Below are positions 15,101-30,100 of a DNA stretch of 64,000 nt, one piece after another. The notes under the pieces are model-generated. The model was given only the letters and a program-made list of their open reading frames with translations, ran no database searches and was not told the DNA's origin. Source of the stretch: Trichoplax sp. H2 (lineage: Eukaryota); the NCBI GenBank assembly GCA_003344405.1, contig NOWV01000120.1, forward strand, positions 124,001 through 188,000. The letters run 5' to 3'. The stretch's first letter is position 1, and the number at the start of each line of letters is the position of its first letter. Made by a program: the position numbers and the translations under genes.

Positions 15101-18100
15101 AAATGACGATATTTAATACATTTGGTTTAAGTCGCCTTCGCAGTGATATCTAACGCAGTGATAAACTTAACAAATTGCATTCTTTTCCTACTATAATGGC
15201 ATTTGGATATCTTACTAACAACTGCTTTGGCAAAACATCGTCACATCACTTCTGACAAACGCATGAATTGAAGTCTCATATTTAATTAATTATTTCTTGG
15301 TATGATTAGTTATGAAAAAAATTGTAAATTAGTAGCTGCTTGTTAATTCCGATGGAGATTATGTTTTCAAAGTTCTCTGACTGCTTGTTCTATACCATGC
15401 AAGTGTACACTGTACGGTGTACAGCATACCTTGTGCATATCTAGTTAAGTCATACAGTATGTGGCACTGCCTCAATTTTATACTCCGAATTCTAAAATAT
15501 TGGAAAGCCAATAAGCAATAAAAAATTGTGGCATTTTATTAGTCGATTACGAACGGAAGGCTAATAAAAAATCCTTGCTTGCAATGGAGGGGAATTTGAC
15601 GTTATGCTGAACATATTATTTTCGAGTTTTTAGTTTCTACATTTACGTATTACGACGCTGTGGCGGCTAATTAGTTTATTTCACTCGAGTATTGATTTAT
15701 TTTGAGCTTTAACTAACAAATGCAACTGTCCATTTCTATTTTCATATTCTTTGATAGGTTATTTAAATATGTCTATCAATGGAAAAGAGTAATTCGTTAC
15801 GAAAAATGCCAAAGAATACGGTTAAAATCTTCAAATTTTGATGGATATTGAGTTGAAATAATAGGAGAATATAGGTCATTGATTTAATATTTATCGATTG
15901 TTTAGATCTTACATCAAGCAAGATTTATTTCTAACCCAGTATACGTTGCAGCGAGCTGCCTTAACCATTCGTTCATGGTGCGAAGCTGCATCGAGTAGTC
16001 TTGATGGCCGTAGCAGCGATGATAGTGGTATCGTATTAGTAGTAGTAACTACAGATAGAACGCTATCATTGAATGAATTTATTCGTATCCAAACTCAGCA
16101 ACGACATCTTGCAGAAGAAAAACTAAAATTACTGTATGAAAACGTTGTCCAAATCGTTTCATCTGTTTGTCAGGTTATCCAAGCAGAATGATATGGTCAT
16201 GAATAATGAGTGATCATCATTTCATTATGATAGTAGCTTTGATATAAATCTTGTCATTGCGATCTTCACTGTAGCGATAAAGCAAACGTACTTATCATAC
16301 GTTATTTCTTATAGGAAATTTGTGAACATGAAGGAATTAATTTGAATTTTAAATTTGGTAGGTCAGACTTGTATAAAATGAAATTTTCTTTCATTACATG
16401 AATGGTTGCAATTTTCATTTTCGATAATTGGAATGATTTGAATATTTCTTATTGAAGATACGCTATCTTTTATTATCCTGTATTGCATGTTAAGTTAAAA
16501 AAAGTAAATTTCCTATCGCTGACTCTTGCAGATGCAGAAATTCGATCCGGTTCAAGTCAACAGAAGAAGAAATCCTTAGATCATGCAGCCATAGTACGAT
16601 GGCGAGCTGTTTTAGATCGTTTACGTAGCTTTCTCAAATATATTGATTACTTAATACTTGAACTATCGCGTCGAATTGTTATTGTTGCTATGCGCCTACT
16701 GCTAGCTGAATTTGTTGCATGTGCTAATGTAGACAGCGATCAAAAAGAATGGGCTGTCAAATATCTTAGCGATATGAGAAAGAAAACGAAATGGAGATCA
16801 CGTTTAATTAAAAATGAGAACGATCTATTATTAGGCACTGAAAAGCATAATGTTATCAACGACGGCGCTAAGGCCTTACTTAAGCTGGATTTAGTGATTA
16901 TTTTACCTGAAAAAGATGGTAATAACGGAAGCTCAACTAAAGGAACATCATCACTGGCTCGTTCTAAAGGTAAAAGTATTGAGATGTCCTATGGCAAACG
17001 GAAAAGTCTGGAAACATCCCTCTACAAGCGTTCGAGTGTGGATTATTCACAGTATCGTAAGATCCACTCCAATGAGTTAGCATCACCACGTCGTCAACGG
17101 ACAAGCATCCAGCTCTCACCAAATAAGCGATCTAGTGGTGAAATTGCTTCACACAGTAAACGATCAAGTATCGAGCTAAATCAGTATCCACGAACTAATG
17201 TAGAACTGCTCCAACAGAAAAGGACAAGTGTGGAGTCGTTGCAAGGTACCAGGACTAACCGATTAAATGCTCCACGAAAGTCTATCATTGTAGGCATGAA
17301 TGATCAGCCAAGCAATCATAAAGGTCGCAAGAAATCGGTAGCATTTACTGCTGCGCCGGTTACATATCAATATCCTAATCAGATTATTATGGAACCGTTA
17401 GCATTCGATCATTTAACTGAGGACGAAGAAGATGTTACAGTAAGTCGTCCTTATATAGAAGAAGGAGGGATTTATATCTATATTTTGATTACATCTCACT
17501 TACTATTATTTTATTAAATAATTGATTTCAAGTAGTATTAGTTACAGTTTATATATTATCAGATTTCTCCGATGCTAATACTATCCGCTTTAATTTACTA
17601 TCTAGGATGGTTCTATAATAGCTTTTCAACCTGACAGACAAGATTTTCGACAAAAAATGCAGGATATTATTGGGAATATTGAAAAATGCGTCCTCCATCT
17701 CCCCTCCTTATTAAAGCAAGCTTGTCTACATAAATATTGGTCGACCGAAAAGTATTACATTAAATTATCTATTGACAAAAGTACGTCAAAGTGTAGCAGC
17801 TGTATATTAAAATTGATTTAATGTTAATATTGATGCAGAAAGAAGAGTAATTTTTAAATTTAACTCTTACTTGGGTATATAACAGTAAATTTGATATCAA
17901 TACTAATTACAATATTAAAATAGATGAAGGTCAATCCGATACTGAAAAACGATACCCTTGGCCTGATATCCATTTTATTTTCGGCGATGACAATATTTAT
18001 AATGCGTCATTGCGTAAAATTTTTGTATTACTAAAAGAAGCTATTGAAGATGTTGCCATGTATTGTAAGGTACTACGAATAGTAAACCTTAAAGCAATTA

Positions 18101-21100
18101 AATTACGATACTGAGATTCGAAGAAATTTATGCTACTCGCATAATTATCGTGCTTATGGTGGAGCTGATCTGTTTAAATTCTCTTCTTGAACGTCTTTTA
18201 GGAATATGATCATTTTTGTGAAATGGTCGATTCCTGTGGTCAAATTGATGTTAATAATTCCATGGCGCAGCATGAATGGTCAACAGATGAATTTCAAGAG
18301 ATCTTACAACAGCATACAGAACAGGTACCTTTACATTAAAAAATCGATAAAAAAAATTCTGAATAAATATCATTCTGCGTATTATAATATAATCATTCAG
18401 AATTGGAATTTTCGGTTGGAGTATTTCTTAATTTTCCGCTTGGTGTAATCGATATTTGCGACAAATTTGCAGTATGCTAACTCAACACTTTGCATGACAT
18501 ATACCATCTACTATGCTGTATTATATCTCAATAAGCTGGATGCAGATATAATAACATAAGTAGGCAGTCAAGAAGCCATATGACATGATTTATCTACTAC
18601 GTATATGGTATTTGATGTGTACTTTCTGTAATTACATATTGTTCTAGTTATTTCCTGTATTTCACAAGGGTAAATTTACTGCTTATTCATTAGGAAGTAA
18701 GGTTAACGTACGCATAGACACAGAACACTTTCATTAATATGCAAATCTATCTATCTTGAGAATTTAGTATTGCATTTTCTGTAGCAGTTGTACTCAAAAT
18801 AAATTTTAGCCAGTTTTTGTAGCCCCTTGGCAAGATATCTATTGCAACCATGCTACAGCTTTTATAGTTAGCGATTATACTGAGTTAGTAATAACCTTAC
18901 CTTCAGGTATCTTCGATGAAGTCCATTATTCGGTCATATCGTCTTGGTCTTCTAGAAGTGGATACTACTTTATTTCGAAATACGATTCTGCCATTTCCGG
19001 AAAAAATTCTTAAAGATATTTATCAACATTTACCAACAATTGCAAGCAAGAAGAACACCGAACTCATAACAACAATTAAGGTATTAAGGGTATCATTTTT
19101 GTATAATTAGCCGTTGGCACCTTATTGCTAAATGGTATCGATTTATAAATGGATAGATATCCCTACTAAATAAAAAGTTTATAGCTTATGACATGTTTTA
19201 ACTTTTTTCAACTGCCAATTATTGCAGACTGCTTCCAAAAAATTAGATAAATATCCAGAATCGGTAGAAGAATTTGTCGAGCATTTATCATTCTTAGCAT
19301 TGATGCTACGACAATTACCATCTCTAGAAAAGGAATTCACTGTGGTTACAAAGCTATTTACCCTAATTCGAGATTTCGATATTGTCATGGAAGGCGAAGA
19401 ATTAGCACTGTACCAAACATTAATGCCGACGTTTACCCATCTAAAAGTAATAATATTTATTAAATTTTAAAGAGAATGTAAAATTGTTGGTATGATGTTG
19501 TAATGGTAATATCGTTTCTCTTCATGCAGTCTGTCATAATACAATGTGAAGCTAAACGAGATGAAAACATTCAAAAGTTCACCAATGATCTTGAATATTT
19601 GGTCGATGATTTAAAGCAACAACTCTATGTCTTAAAACAGGATATTCGAGTATCATTATTACTGGACGCTGATACCATTAGTATTGTTGCATTAGGAAAA
19701 ATTCACGAACTGACTGATCGCGTTGATGCTCTAGTTGAAAAGGCTCATGACTATTCTTCATATCAAGATCAATTTGGTGCAGCTCTATCAGCTGCTACAA
19801 AGAGAAGAGCGTTACTTGAGTAAGTTCTAATTTCTATTACCGTTGGTTATTGCTGTAATCCAGTATTTATGATTATTTATCCTTATATATGCGTAAGCTA
19901 CAATTTCTTGGATTATGTATAGTACTTGCTTAAGCATCATCAATACGTATAATACTATCAATCTAGTATTTAGCCAATTTTTAACCATCTTGGCTGCGTT
20001 GCATTTATCCAATTTTAGGCAAGGTATCATTGATGGTAGTACTACCGTGAATAGCGCGTTGTCATTACAGAGTGAAATTGGCGAAGTTCAACGTGATTTA
20101 TCCCTTCGTCGCATGCTTTGGGAATCGATGGATGAGTGGGATAAATTATATGTTCAATTAATTAAGAGTGAACTCGAGTCTCTCGACGTTGAAGGACTGC
20201 AGAAAACTGTAAATCGCTTTGCGCAAACTGTCTTTTTATTAGACAAAGGTGAATATCAATGCAAAATTAGTGTTATAATATGATAGATGCGGCTGAAATC
20301 GGTATATGCTCACTTAATCATGGATATAAAGAATTTAGCATAAAGTAATTTGACGCATTTCAAAAATTTCAATATTATTTCTTAATTCATATAGGTTTAC
20401 CTGTCAATAATATTTTACCGACTTTAAAAGAAAAAGTGTTACGATTTCGGGAAGTCATGCCGATTATATCTAGTTTGAAAAATGAATCGCTAAAACAGCG
20501 GCATTGGACTACTATACAACGTATTCTAGGACCACAAATTAGAACGAAAGGGTTTACGCTTGGGGAGTTGCTTACACTACAGGTTGTATCTAAGTCTAGA
20601 CAGATGATTATATTCTTGAATTTAAAACCTTGTTTAAAATGTTATTATTTAATATCACTAATATTTCATACAAAATGCAATTTAGATTGTATATATTAAT
20701 ATAATATTTATGTTTTAATTGAAGATCATGGATCATCGAGATGAAATTATTGATGTATCAACCCAAGCCGTTAATGAAAGCATTCTTGAATCTATGTTAC
20801 ATAAGGTATATACAGCGGTACAATCAATATTTATAATCATGAGTATTCATTTTGCGATGAACTGACATTAAGCAAGAGAGTCCATTCAGTTATTTAACGC
20901 TTTCATTCCATGAATTGTTGCTTGTGGCTAGATGATTGATTCCTGGTTAAGTACCGATTTTACATTGGTTCCTCATACGAATGGGACTTTTATTATTGGT
21001 GCTGCCGATGATATCTTTACTTTGTTAGATGAAAGTCAAGTCACGTTGGCTACTATTAAGGGTTCTCGATATGTCGAGCCTATTAAGGTAGAAATTTTTT

Positions 21101-24100
21101 TTCCTGCTCAATTTTAGAAGACTTCTGATCTTTTCTGATTTAAGATTTTACTATTGATTTCTGATAGAATACTATGGAAGAGTGGGATAAAAAATTAGAT
21201 ATATTTACTGAAACATTTGAAGAATGGTTAATCTGTCAAAGGAAATGGCTATATCTGGAAAATATTTTTGCAACCGCCGATATACAACGGTAGTAAATTA
21301 TTTTATATCTTAATTCTGAAAGGTTCATATTTGATATCAAATGCATAGTGCTATAAAGTCTGTTTAATTCAATTCTGAATGGGCCATAGGCAATTACCAG
21401 TTGAGAATAAATTGTTCTCCCAAGTTGATAAGTCATGGCGTGATATCATGCGACATACCCACGAAAGGCCAAATGCAATGAGATCAGCAACAGCTGCGGG
21501 TACTGTACTAAATTGCGCTGAGATTAGTTTTGCTTAACGCAATTTCGTAGTCTAATATCTAATTGTAGCTAAGATCAGTTTATAACGCGATCTTATAATC
21601 TAAAGTTAAATTAGACACTAACGTGATCATTTCTTATTAGGTGTACTAGAAATACTTCAAGCTGGTCATTCGCACTTGGATAAGATCTTTAAATGTTTAG
21701 AGGTGATTTATATTGGTTTGCAGTAATATACTTAGACAAAATATGTGTAATTAAATCGATGTAACAAAGATATTACTATAGAAGAAAATGTAGAATAGTA
21801 CTACCGTAGATTAGACATTTACAGTGGTTTACGATAAATTTATTAGCCTTAGTTAAAATTTGAACTATCATTTCATATTCTAGTCTTATAAATCTTAGAG
21901 TATTGGGTACAATGATTATAATTTTATAAATGCAGGCAACTAAGTTAAAATGAGTTGTAAAATGTATAAATGGATTATAAAAAGTATTAATAGAATAGAC
22001 TTGAAGCATGGTATGTAAAACTTAATTTAGGATCTGCAATTTACTAAAGATTAGAATTATTATTCTCAGGATTATCTTGAAACGAAACGCCTTGTCTGTC
22101 CAAGATTTTACTTTTTAAGTAATGAAGAGTTGTTGGACGTTATATCCAATTCTAAAAATCCCAAAGCTATTCAGGTATTTAATATGAATATATTATTTAA
22201 AATTAAAATAAAAACAAACGGATTATTTATTTGTTGTTTGTAATGTTTTAATTATTCTTCTTGTTAGCCTCACTTATCAAAATGCTTTAGCAACGTTAAG
22301 CAACTTATGCTGGATAAAGAAGCTGATATTGGTTCAGTATCAATAATCGCTATGATATCTTCGGAATACGAGACTGTTAAATTGATAAAGTACGAATGTT
22401 TTTGTCTTATTTAATAATACTTAGTAAGCGCATTAAGCTGGCAAAAATATATTTCTTAAAATTGTAGATCTATAGCAACCGTTGGAAATGTTGAGAATTG
22501 GCTTGCTTCAATTGAAACGGCGATGTTTGATACCCTTCGAATGTAAACTTGCTACATCTAGTCACTTTAGTCTAAATTAGATTAGAATGAAGGAATACTG
22601 GATAGTTTTTCCTTATCATGGCATATATATCATTATTAATGGAGAGTCATTATTTCTAGGGAATTGAACGATGGTATCAGGACTTGGAATAATCTTGAGA
22701 AAACAGCATGGTTTGAGAAAAATTTTGGCCAAATTATTCTCACTACTGTAAGTCTTCTTGATTACAGTAATAAACAATATATAGGTATATCGTAAAGATA
22801 TCATCAGAACACCAGTAATATGCAACGTACTATCTAGCCAATCCTTAGCCATTGCATATTCATGAAAGCTTTATTTAAATTCTGTTAAAGCTGTCCGAAA
22901 CTTAAAACAAATTTTCTTATAAAGTATAGTAAACTTATATCAGTACCATGATTCCCTATGTGTACTCCAGCTACTATATTGCTACAAAATATACAGCTTG
23001 CTATCCAGCCTTTAGTATTTATTACGTTAGTTGGAAATATGATAAAATGATAGTTTACGTGTATGAGTGCGTGTAGGCACAGTCTTACTAGACATTCTAT
23101 GGTAGCTACTTTATGAATTTCTTTATAATTACCATTTGGGTGTAAGGTGCACTGTAACTTGATGCGAATTTAAATAATGAAGCATAAGATTGCGGATAAT
23201 TGTATTACTATATGGTCGGACTGATATTTGAGCCAACCTACAGCGCTATATTACGAATTGTCTTTTAGATAGATCGCTAACGCTGCTATTTCAAACTTTA
23301 CAGACACAAATCATGTTTTGCAAGCATGTTACGTCATCTTTACTGGAAAAAAACCATGGAAATTCCTTAAAGAATCTTCGAGAAGATTTGATTAGTGATT
23401 TAAACAGACAAGCCGACTTGGCTCATCGACCCTTGCCTTTACACAAATATGAGAGTTTGGTTGCGTTGATGACAATTAGCGTGCATAATCGTGATATTGT
23501 TGCTAAATTAATCGACTCTGAAGTGAGTAACCCTGATGATTTCGAGTGGGATAGGTAAATTGGAACTCTATAATTCAGTTAATTCAATATACGTGTTTAC
23601 ATTATTTAGTATTTTTTAAACCATTTAATACCTTCTTGCTACGATAGACAACTACGCTACGAATGGGATGATCTTAATAAATCATGCGATGTGAACCAGT
23701 CTGGTAGTCATTTCGAATATGGATATGAATATTTAGGATGCTCTAGCCGGCTTGTCATTACCCCACTAACAGATAGATGTTATCTAACGTTGACGGGAGC
23801 TTTAAAACTAAATCTCGGTGGATCTCCTGCTGGACCAGCAGGTACTGGCAAAACGGAGACGATTAAAGACTTAGCCAAGGTATATTTATGCACTCTAATT
23901 CACCTATAGATTAATTAATTAGGTTATGGAGTATAAGACTCTTTCTAGTTCACATATAAGCTGGTATTAGAGAATTTAAGTACCAATGTATTTTATAGCA
24001 TCTTCGTTATAAGAGCATAATGTTATTATAATTAATCGCATTCTGTTATTCTGATTCTTTGATTATGTTAACTTATTTAGTAAGGTATTTGTGAATAATT

Positions 24101-27100
24101 TAATCAATTTCCTGATATACTTAGGCAATGGGAAAGTACTGTGTTGCGTTCAACTGCTCCGAAGGTGTTGATTTTAAAGTATGTATAGACGTAATATAAG
24201 CCGATAGACCATGTGTATAATTTCATATTACCTAGTTTAATTCTAAGCACACCCCATGAAATAATTCTATAACTACAATGGGATATGTGCATAGAAGACA
24301 CAATATGTCCATCTAGTATATCTAATTTTGAAAAAAAGATTAAGATATCGATATTTATACAGGTCATCGGAAAATTTTTATCCGGATTAGCGCAGTCAGG
24401 TTCTTGGTGCTGCTTTGATGAATTTAATAGAATCGACGTGGAAGTATTATCTGTTGTAGCGCAGCAAATGCACACCATTAAATCGGCTAAAGATAGAATG
24501 GCTACTAGGTTAGTACAGTACCTTACGGAAGGAAATAGATAGATCATTAATTTCACATTATATAATCAAGTAAGGTCTTGACTACTGTAAATATATATAG
24601 CAACTTTGTCGAAGAAGTAATTTATAGATATTCTATTATTCATTTTCTACAGATTCGTTTTTGAAGGGTATGACATCAAACTTATAAAATCTTGTGGCGT
24701 ATTCATAACTATGAATCCAGGGTTTGTATAGCAATTAGTGATATTATATTAATGAAATGATTAAGATAAATTCGCTATCTTAAAGTTAGAAGGAATAAGA
24801 TGTTTGTAAGTTAAAAATGATTCTGATTTTTAGCTACGCGGGGAGGGTTGAATTACCAGACAATGTCAAGTCTCTATTTCGTCCTGTAGCGATGATGATA
24901 CCTGATTATGCTATGATCGCAGAAATTATACTATTTGCTGGTGGCTTTACGGAGGCCGCAGCATTATCGTATAAAATAGTTAATTTATACCAACTAGCCA
25001 GCAAGCAATTATCACAACAGGTAAAATTGAAGATAGCGTAAGGAAAGAATAAAATGTTAGCTCTCCTTTTTATTTAAATTGTGCAAATAGTTGTGGTTAA
25101 ATTATGGTTTTGATTTTTAATAGGATCATTATGATTTCGGGTTAAGAGCTATAAAGTCTGTTTTAGTTACTGCTGCACAGCTGAAGAGAAGCTGCAAGTA
25201 ATGTCAAAGAATTAAAAATTTTATAAAGTTAATATAGTATCGCATAAACTCGTTTAAGAAATTTTAAGTTGTACGCTTGGAAGAATGTATATTGAAGATG
25301 GTCTATACGAGGGACGAATAAGATAAACCAATCGTATGATTTTCTTGATTCAACAGGCACGAAGAAAATATATCTCGGAAGCAACATGAATTAGAAATTC
25401 TTGCTCAAGCCATTCAAAATGCCAATCTTCCTAAATTTATAGTTGATGACATTGTCATCTTTGAAAGGATCATGGATGATGTCTTTCCTAATATTAGGTC
25501 TATTACGTTGACAGATCGCGCTTTACAGGTAATAACCAAGTAAAAATTTAATCTATAGAATCTGATGATTTTAAATTCGAAGTACTGCGATAACAACTTT
25601 TGCCCTTTAACGCTACGGGATATTAAAAAAAGTGCCTTGAAATTCTTGGTTATGATCTATTTTAGTATGGCATATGTGTTGCTATGAGGGAAGATTTTCT
25701 AGTTCAAGACATAGGCCAAATAAGAAAAATATCGCAGTTGTATGAAACACTTTTAGTACGCCATGGTGTCATGATTATTGGACCTACTGGCGGTGGCAAA
25801 TCGGTAGCGTATACTATATTAGCGAAGGCGTTATTTTATCTTCCTATCATTCGTCGCTATCTAGAAGAGAATGGCAAAATTGATGACGAAGAAGTTGCAG
25901 CAGAGATCGAGGGGGTATGTTTTGCAAGCTTAATATGTTATAATGTAGTGATAAACTTTTTAACGTATAATTATACTAAGCTCATATTACTAAGTTTTTG
26001 TACACTACAAATAGGTTACAAGTGCTAATTTTAGTATCCGGACATGTCAATGATTTATTCATTACTTGTATTTTGTTGCAACCTATAATATCCAATATAT
26101 ATATATATATATATAATTATTAGGGAGGTTATAACATTCGAAGATTTTTCTAGACGGTCATTATTTTTTAAAATTATTTTAGGGTACTTTTGGTAGGCGA
26201 CCTAATGTTCAAATAACGCGTCTAAATCCGAAATGCGTTAGCCTTGGCGAATTGTATGGTGCAATTGATGATAACACTATGGAATGGACTGATGGCATTT
26301 TAGCTCACATTACTCGCCGATATGCAAAAGAAGCAGCTCCTGCGGATCCAGTCATTTATGGAATATCACCAGGTGTGATAACAAGGATGAATTCTCCACA
26401 TGATGAACCAGACACTACAGCTGAAGATGATGTAGAAAGTAATACTTGTCAAGCATGGCATACATAAAATATCGAATGGTAATATTAACAACTGCAATTA
26501 ATTGACGAAACTGCCATGTATTTTTGTACATTTAGATCAGACTAATTCATCGCAAGAAGAAGAAGAAGAGACAGAAAATGATGAACAGCCTATTATTGAA
26601 GAAAATGAGCAAGTTGAAGTCGAGGCAAATGTTGAACCGATAGAATTTAAAATGTGGCGATGGATTGTATTAGATGGTCCTGTAGATCCTTTATGGATTG
26701 AAAATCTTAACACAGTTTTGGATGATACGAAAATGTTATGCTTGGCAAATGGAGAAAGAATTGGACTAAGTATGAAAGGAACGATTTTTAGTCAGATTTC
26801 AATACAATAATTAAGTTTGTTGTTTCATGTGATTTCTACATAAAACGATTTTCAGTTAAATTTTAATGCATTAAAATTTGATATTGCATGCAATAGCTAC
26901 TATTCAATTAGGTGATGGAATGATAAAGAAACGATTTTAGTTAGATTTGATATTGCATGCATTAATTATCAACTTTTTAATTGTATGATGGCATGAGAAA
27001 GAAACGATTTTAGTTCGATTTTAATGCATTTAATAAGTTTAGCGTTCAATATAATATCTACTATTCTATTAGGTGATGGAATGAGACTGTTATTTGAAGC

Positions 27101-30100
27101 AAGCGATTTAAAACAGGCTTCTCCGGCTACAGTCAGCCGATGCGGTATGGTTTATATGGACCCTAAGGAGCTAGGATGGAGACCTTATGTGCGGCATTGG
27201 ATAGGAACAGTTCCCAAGGCTGTATGTCATTATGGCATAAGTTAACTGAATCATTTTGTATTTACTTATCTTCGCTTATGAAGGTAGTACGTTCTGAGAT
27301 TCCATCCGAATTTATTAATGTTATTTTAATTTGAAATTTAGCTTCCAGATATGGCCAGCGATCTAATATTACAATTATTTGATGCATCTGTCGACCGTGG
27401 ATTTGCTTTCTTGGATATCTATTCCAAATATCAATACCTTAAAGTACCACTTTTAAGCGTTATTTCTACGCTGTGTAGCATTATCCAAATATTTCTAGTG
27501 TATCTGGATACTCATGGGGGGTTTGGCCACCGTTCTAGCTCTGCCGAAGATGAAGCTACCGCCATTGGGAGTGTATCATCGTTAGATACTATTAATAATT
27601 ACAGCAGCTATAGTCGATTATCAACTGCTCGCCCCGGTAGTATCACTCAATTGCGAGCTAAAACATTACTCTCTAAAATACAACATCAGTCTTTTCTGCA
27701 AAGGCAACCGGGTATGCTTCTACCTTTAATGGGCAAAATATACGTTTTTGCCTTTACTTGGGCTTTCGGTGGATCGCTTGAAGGCGAATGTGATTATGAT
27801 GATGATCCTGACGCAGAAAGTTACGACATTGACCGTACTGTTAATGCTAGAGTTGCATTTAATGCATTTGTTCACGAGCTATTTAATCTTGAGCCGCCGC
27901 TAGCAGTACAACTTCCAAATTCTAAGCACTCTATTTTTTCATATTATATTGATATGCAAACTGGTAATTTTACGTCTTTTGATACATTAATTTCCCCAAC
28001 GAAAGAAATTGTGAACCGTTATGATGAAACAAATCATTCGGATCGATTAAAGCATATACTAGACAATGTTTCTAGCAATATATCCAAATATACTCAAATT
28101 TTACCTGCTTTAAACAATCGCAAGTTAATACCTACCATCGATACAGTTCGATATTCGTTTCTTATGGCCCTGTTACTTTGCCAAGGAAGACATGTTCTAG
28201 TAACAGGTAAGAAACACGAAAATTATTACCAAAAACCTAATATTAATAGTTTCTCGATTTCTTTTATAAAAATCTCATTTATGGCCAAAGTTTGCTTTAA
28301 AATGTTATGTTAAGCGCTTGATTTATTACCTTAGAATTACTTTTACTCTTCATATGCAGTAACTATTTCGCGCACGATGAATCCATCGCAACCGTTATAC
28401 GTCGTTACTTAAATAGCTAATCAAATAATTCTTCATATTTTAACTGTATAATATAATTTCACTTGTGTTGGCAGAAGTTACAATCTACCGTTTCTTACAC
28501 TTGCCAAACATTACTGTAGCAATATCAATATCGATCGTTTACACATTTACAAGTCTTCTATTCGTGGCTTTAACAGTGATAAAACATGTTCAGCTGTCTG
28601 TGCTAGCCTACAGATTAATCCTTCAATCGACAAATTTGGCACTTTATTGATCGTTTCTGCTAGTCTAACTTGTTTCCATATTAATTCTGCTGTTAGTAAA
28701 GCAAAGACTAGTACCGTAATAATATGGTGTAATACTTGAATATAAGATTAAAGTTAGAAAATTAACCAATTTTGATATGTGTAGGGGAGTCTGGAATTGG
28801 TAAATCTGCTTTAGTAAAAGATACACTGAAATGCTTAGAGAAACAACACGGAACAGGTTTTGGGAAAGATACCATTTTAGGAAAAATATTCAATAAGGCC
28901 AGAGCCACAGGGGATAATCCTTGGGGTGGTAAATCTAAGGGTGTTCAAAGCGAAGGTAAGTTAATATCGATACGAATTTAATGTTAGACATTGTTTACTC
29001 GAAATTGTGATACTCATTGAGACATCATTTCTTTGTTGGGCACTTTTAATTTATTTTATGCCTAGAAAAAGATCTTTATAGCACAGAAATGGCCTCCGCT
29101 GCAATACAATTTGCTGCCAATACGACAGCGTCCAAAGCTAGACAGCAATTACAAAGCGTTCTCGTAAAACGTGGTAAAAATATTTTAGGTGCTCCTGGTA
29201 ATAAAAAGGTAAAACAGTTGATCAACCATAATATCATGCAAAGCACCCAAGGGTGCAGAATATTGCCACGGTAAAAGTTTAACGAGTTTAATTTGTCCGT
29301 GATAGATGACAATATTCGTAGACGACATTAATTTACCGCAACGAGATCAGTTTCATTCTCAGCCCGCCTTGGAAGTATTACGTCAAAATATTGACAGTGG
29401 TGGATTTTATGACGTTAAAAGCTACTCATGGAAGGTAAGGAACAATTTTCTAGATACTATAATAAAAGAAGTTTATTAAGGATAGATTAATTTCAGCGTG
29501 TGGTACTTTTAAATATGATAGACTATCTATGATGTCGCATTCGTTGCTGCATGTGCACCGCCCGAAGGCAGCCGAAGTCAACTCAATGAGAGAATTTTAC
29601 GCCATTTTTGGTACTATTTGCCACATAAAGTGTTCTATTTAAAGCTAACAAGTGGATTAATTACTCTGATTATGTTTTTTTCAGCGTATTATGTATATCC
29701 AAGCCTTCCGATAAGTCATTACGGCATATTTTCCAGTCTCAGTTAGGACAATTTTTAACTAAAAATGAGTTTACTGCGGAAGTGAGAGATTGTATGGCAC
29801 CACTTGTCTCATCAGCCATTGCTATTTATCGTAAAATTGACAAAGTGATGCTTCCTACTCCATCAAAGCCACACTATACCTTCAATGTTAGAAATCTTGC
29901 TCAGGTACTGCACAAACTTGATATTGCTGGTTACTATATTTGTGGGTAGTGTAGCTGGTAATGAGTAAAATTCACACCAATTTTATACACGGTACTGTTG
30001 CATGGATGTATTTTATTCCTCGAAGAATAAATTGGTGTTTTTGCAATAGGTTATTCAAGGACTTACTCAAGCCGATCCTTTATCGATCGTAACAAAGCAA

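Noticed and set aside
26095..26114. (AT)n microsatellite (similar short ones near 4502 and 7405)
   Set aside because: Ordinary simple repeats in AT-rich introns.
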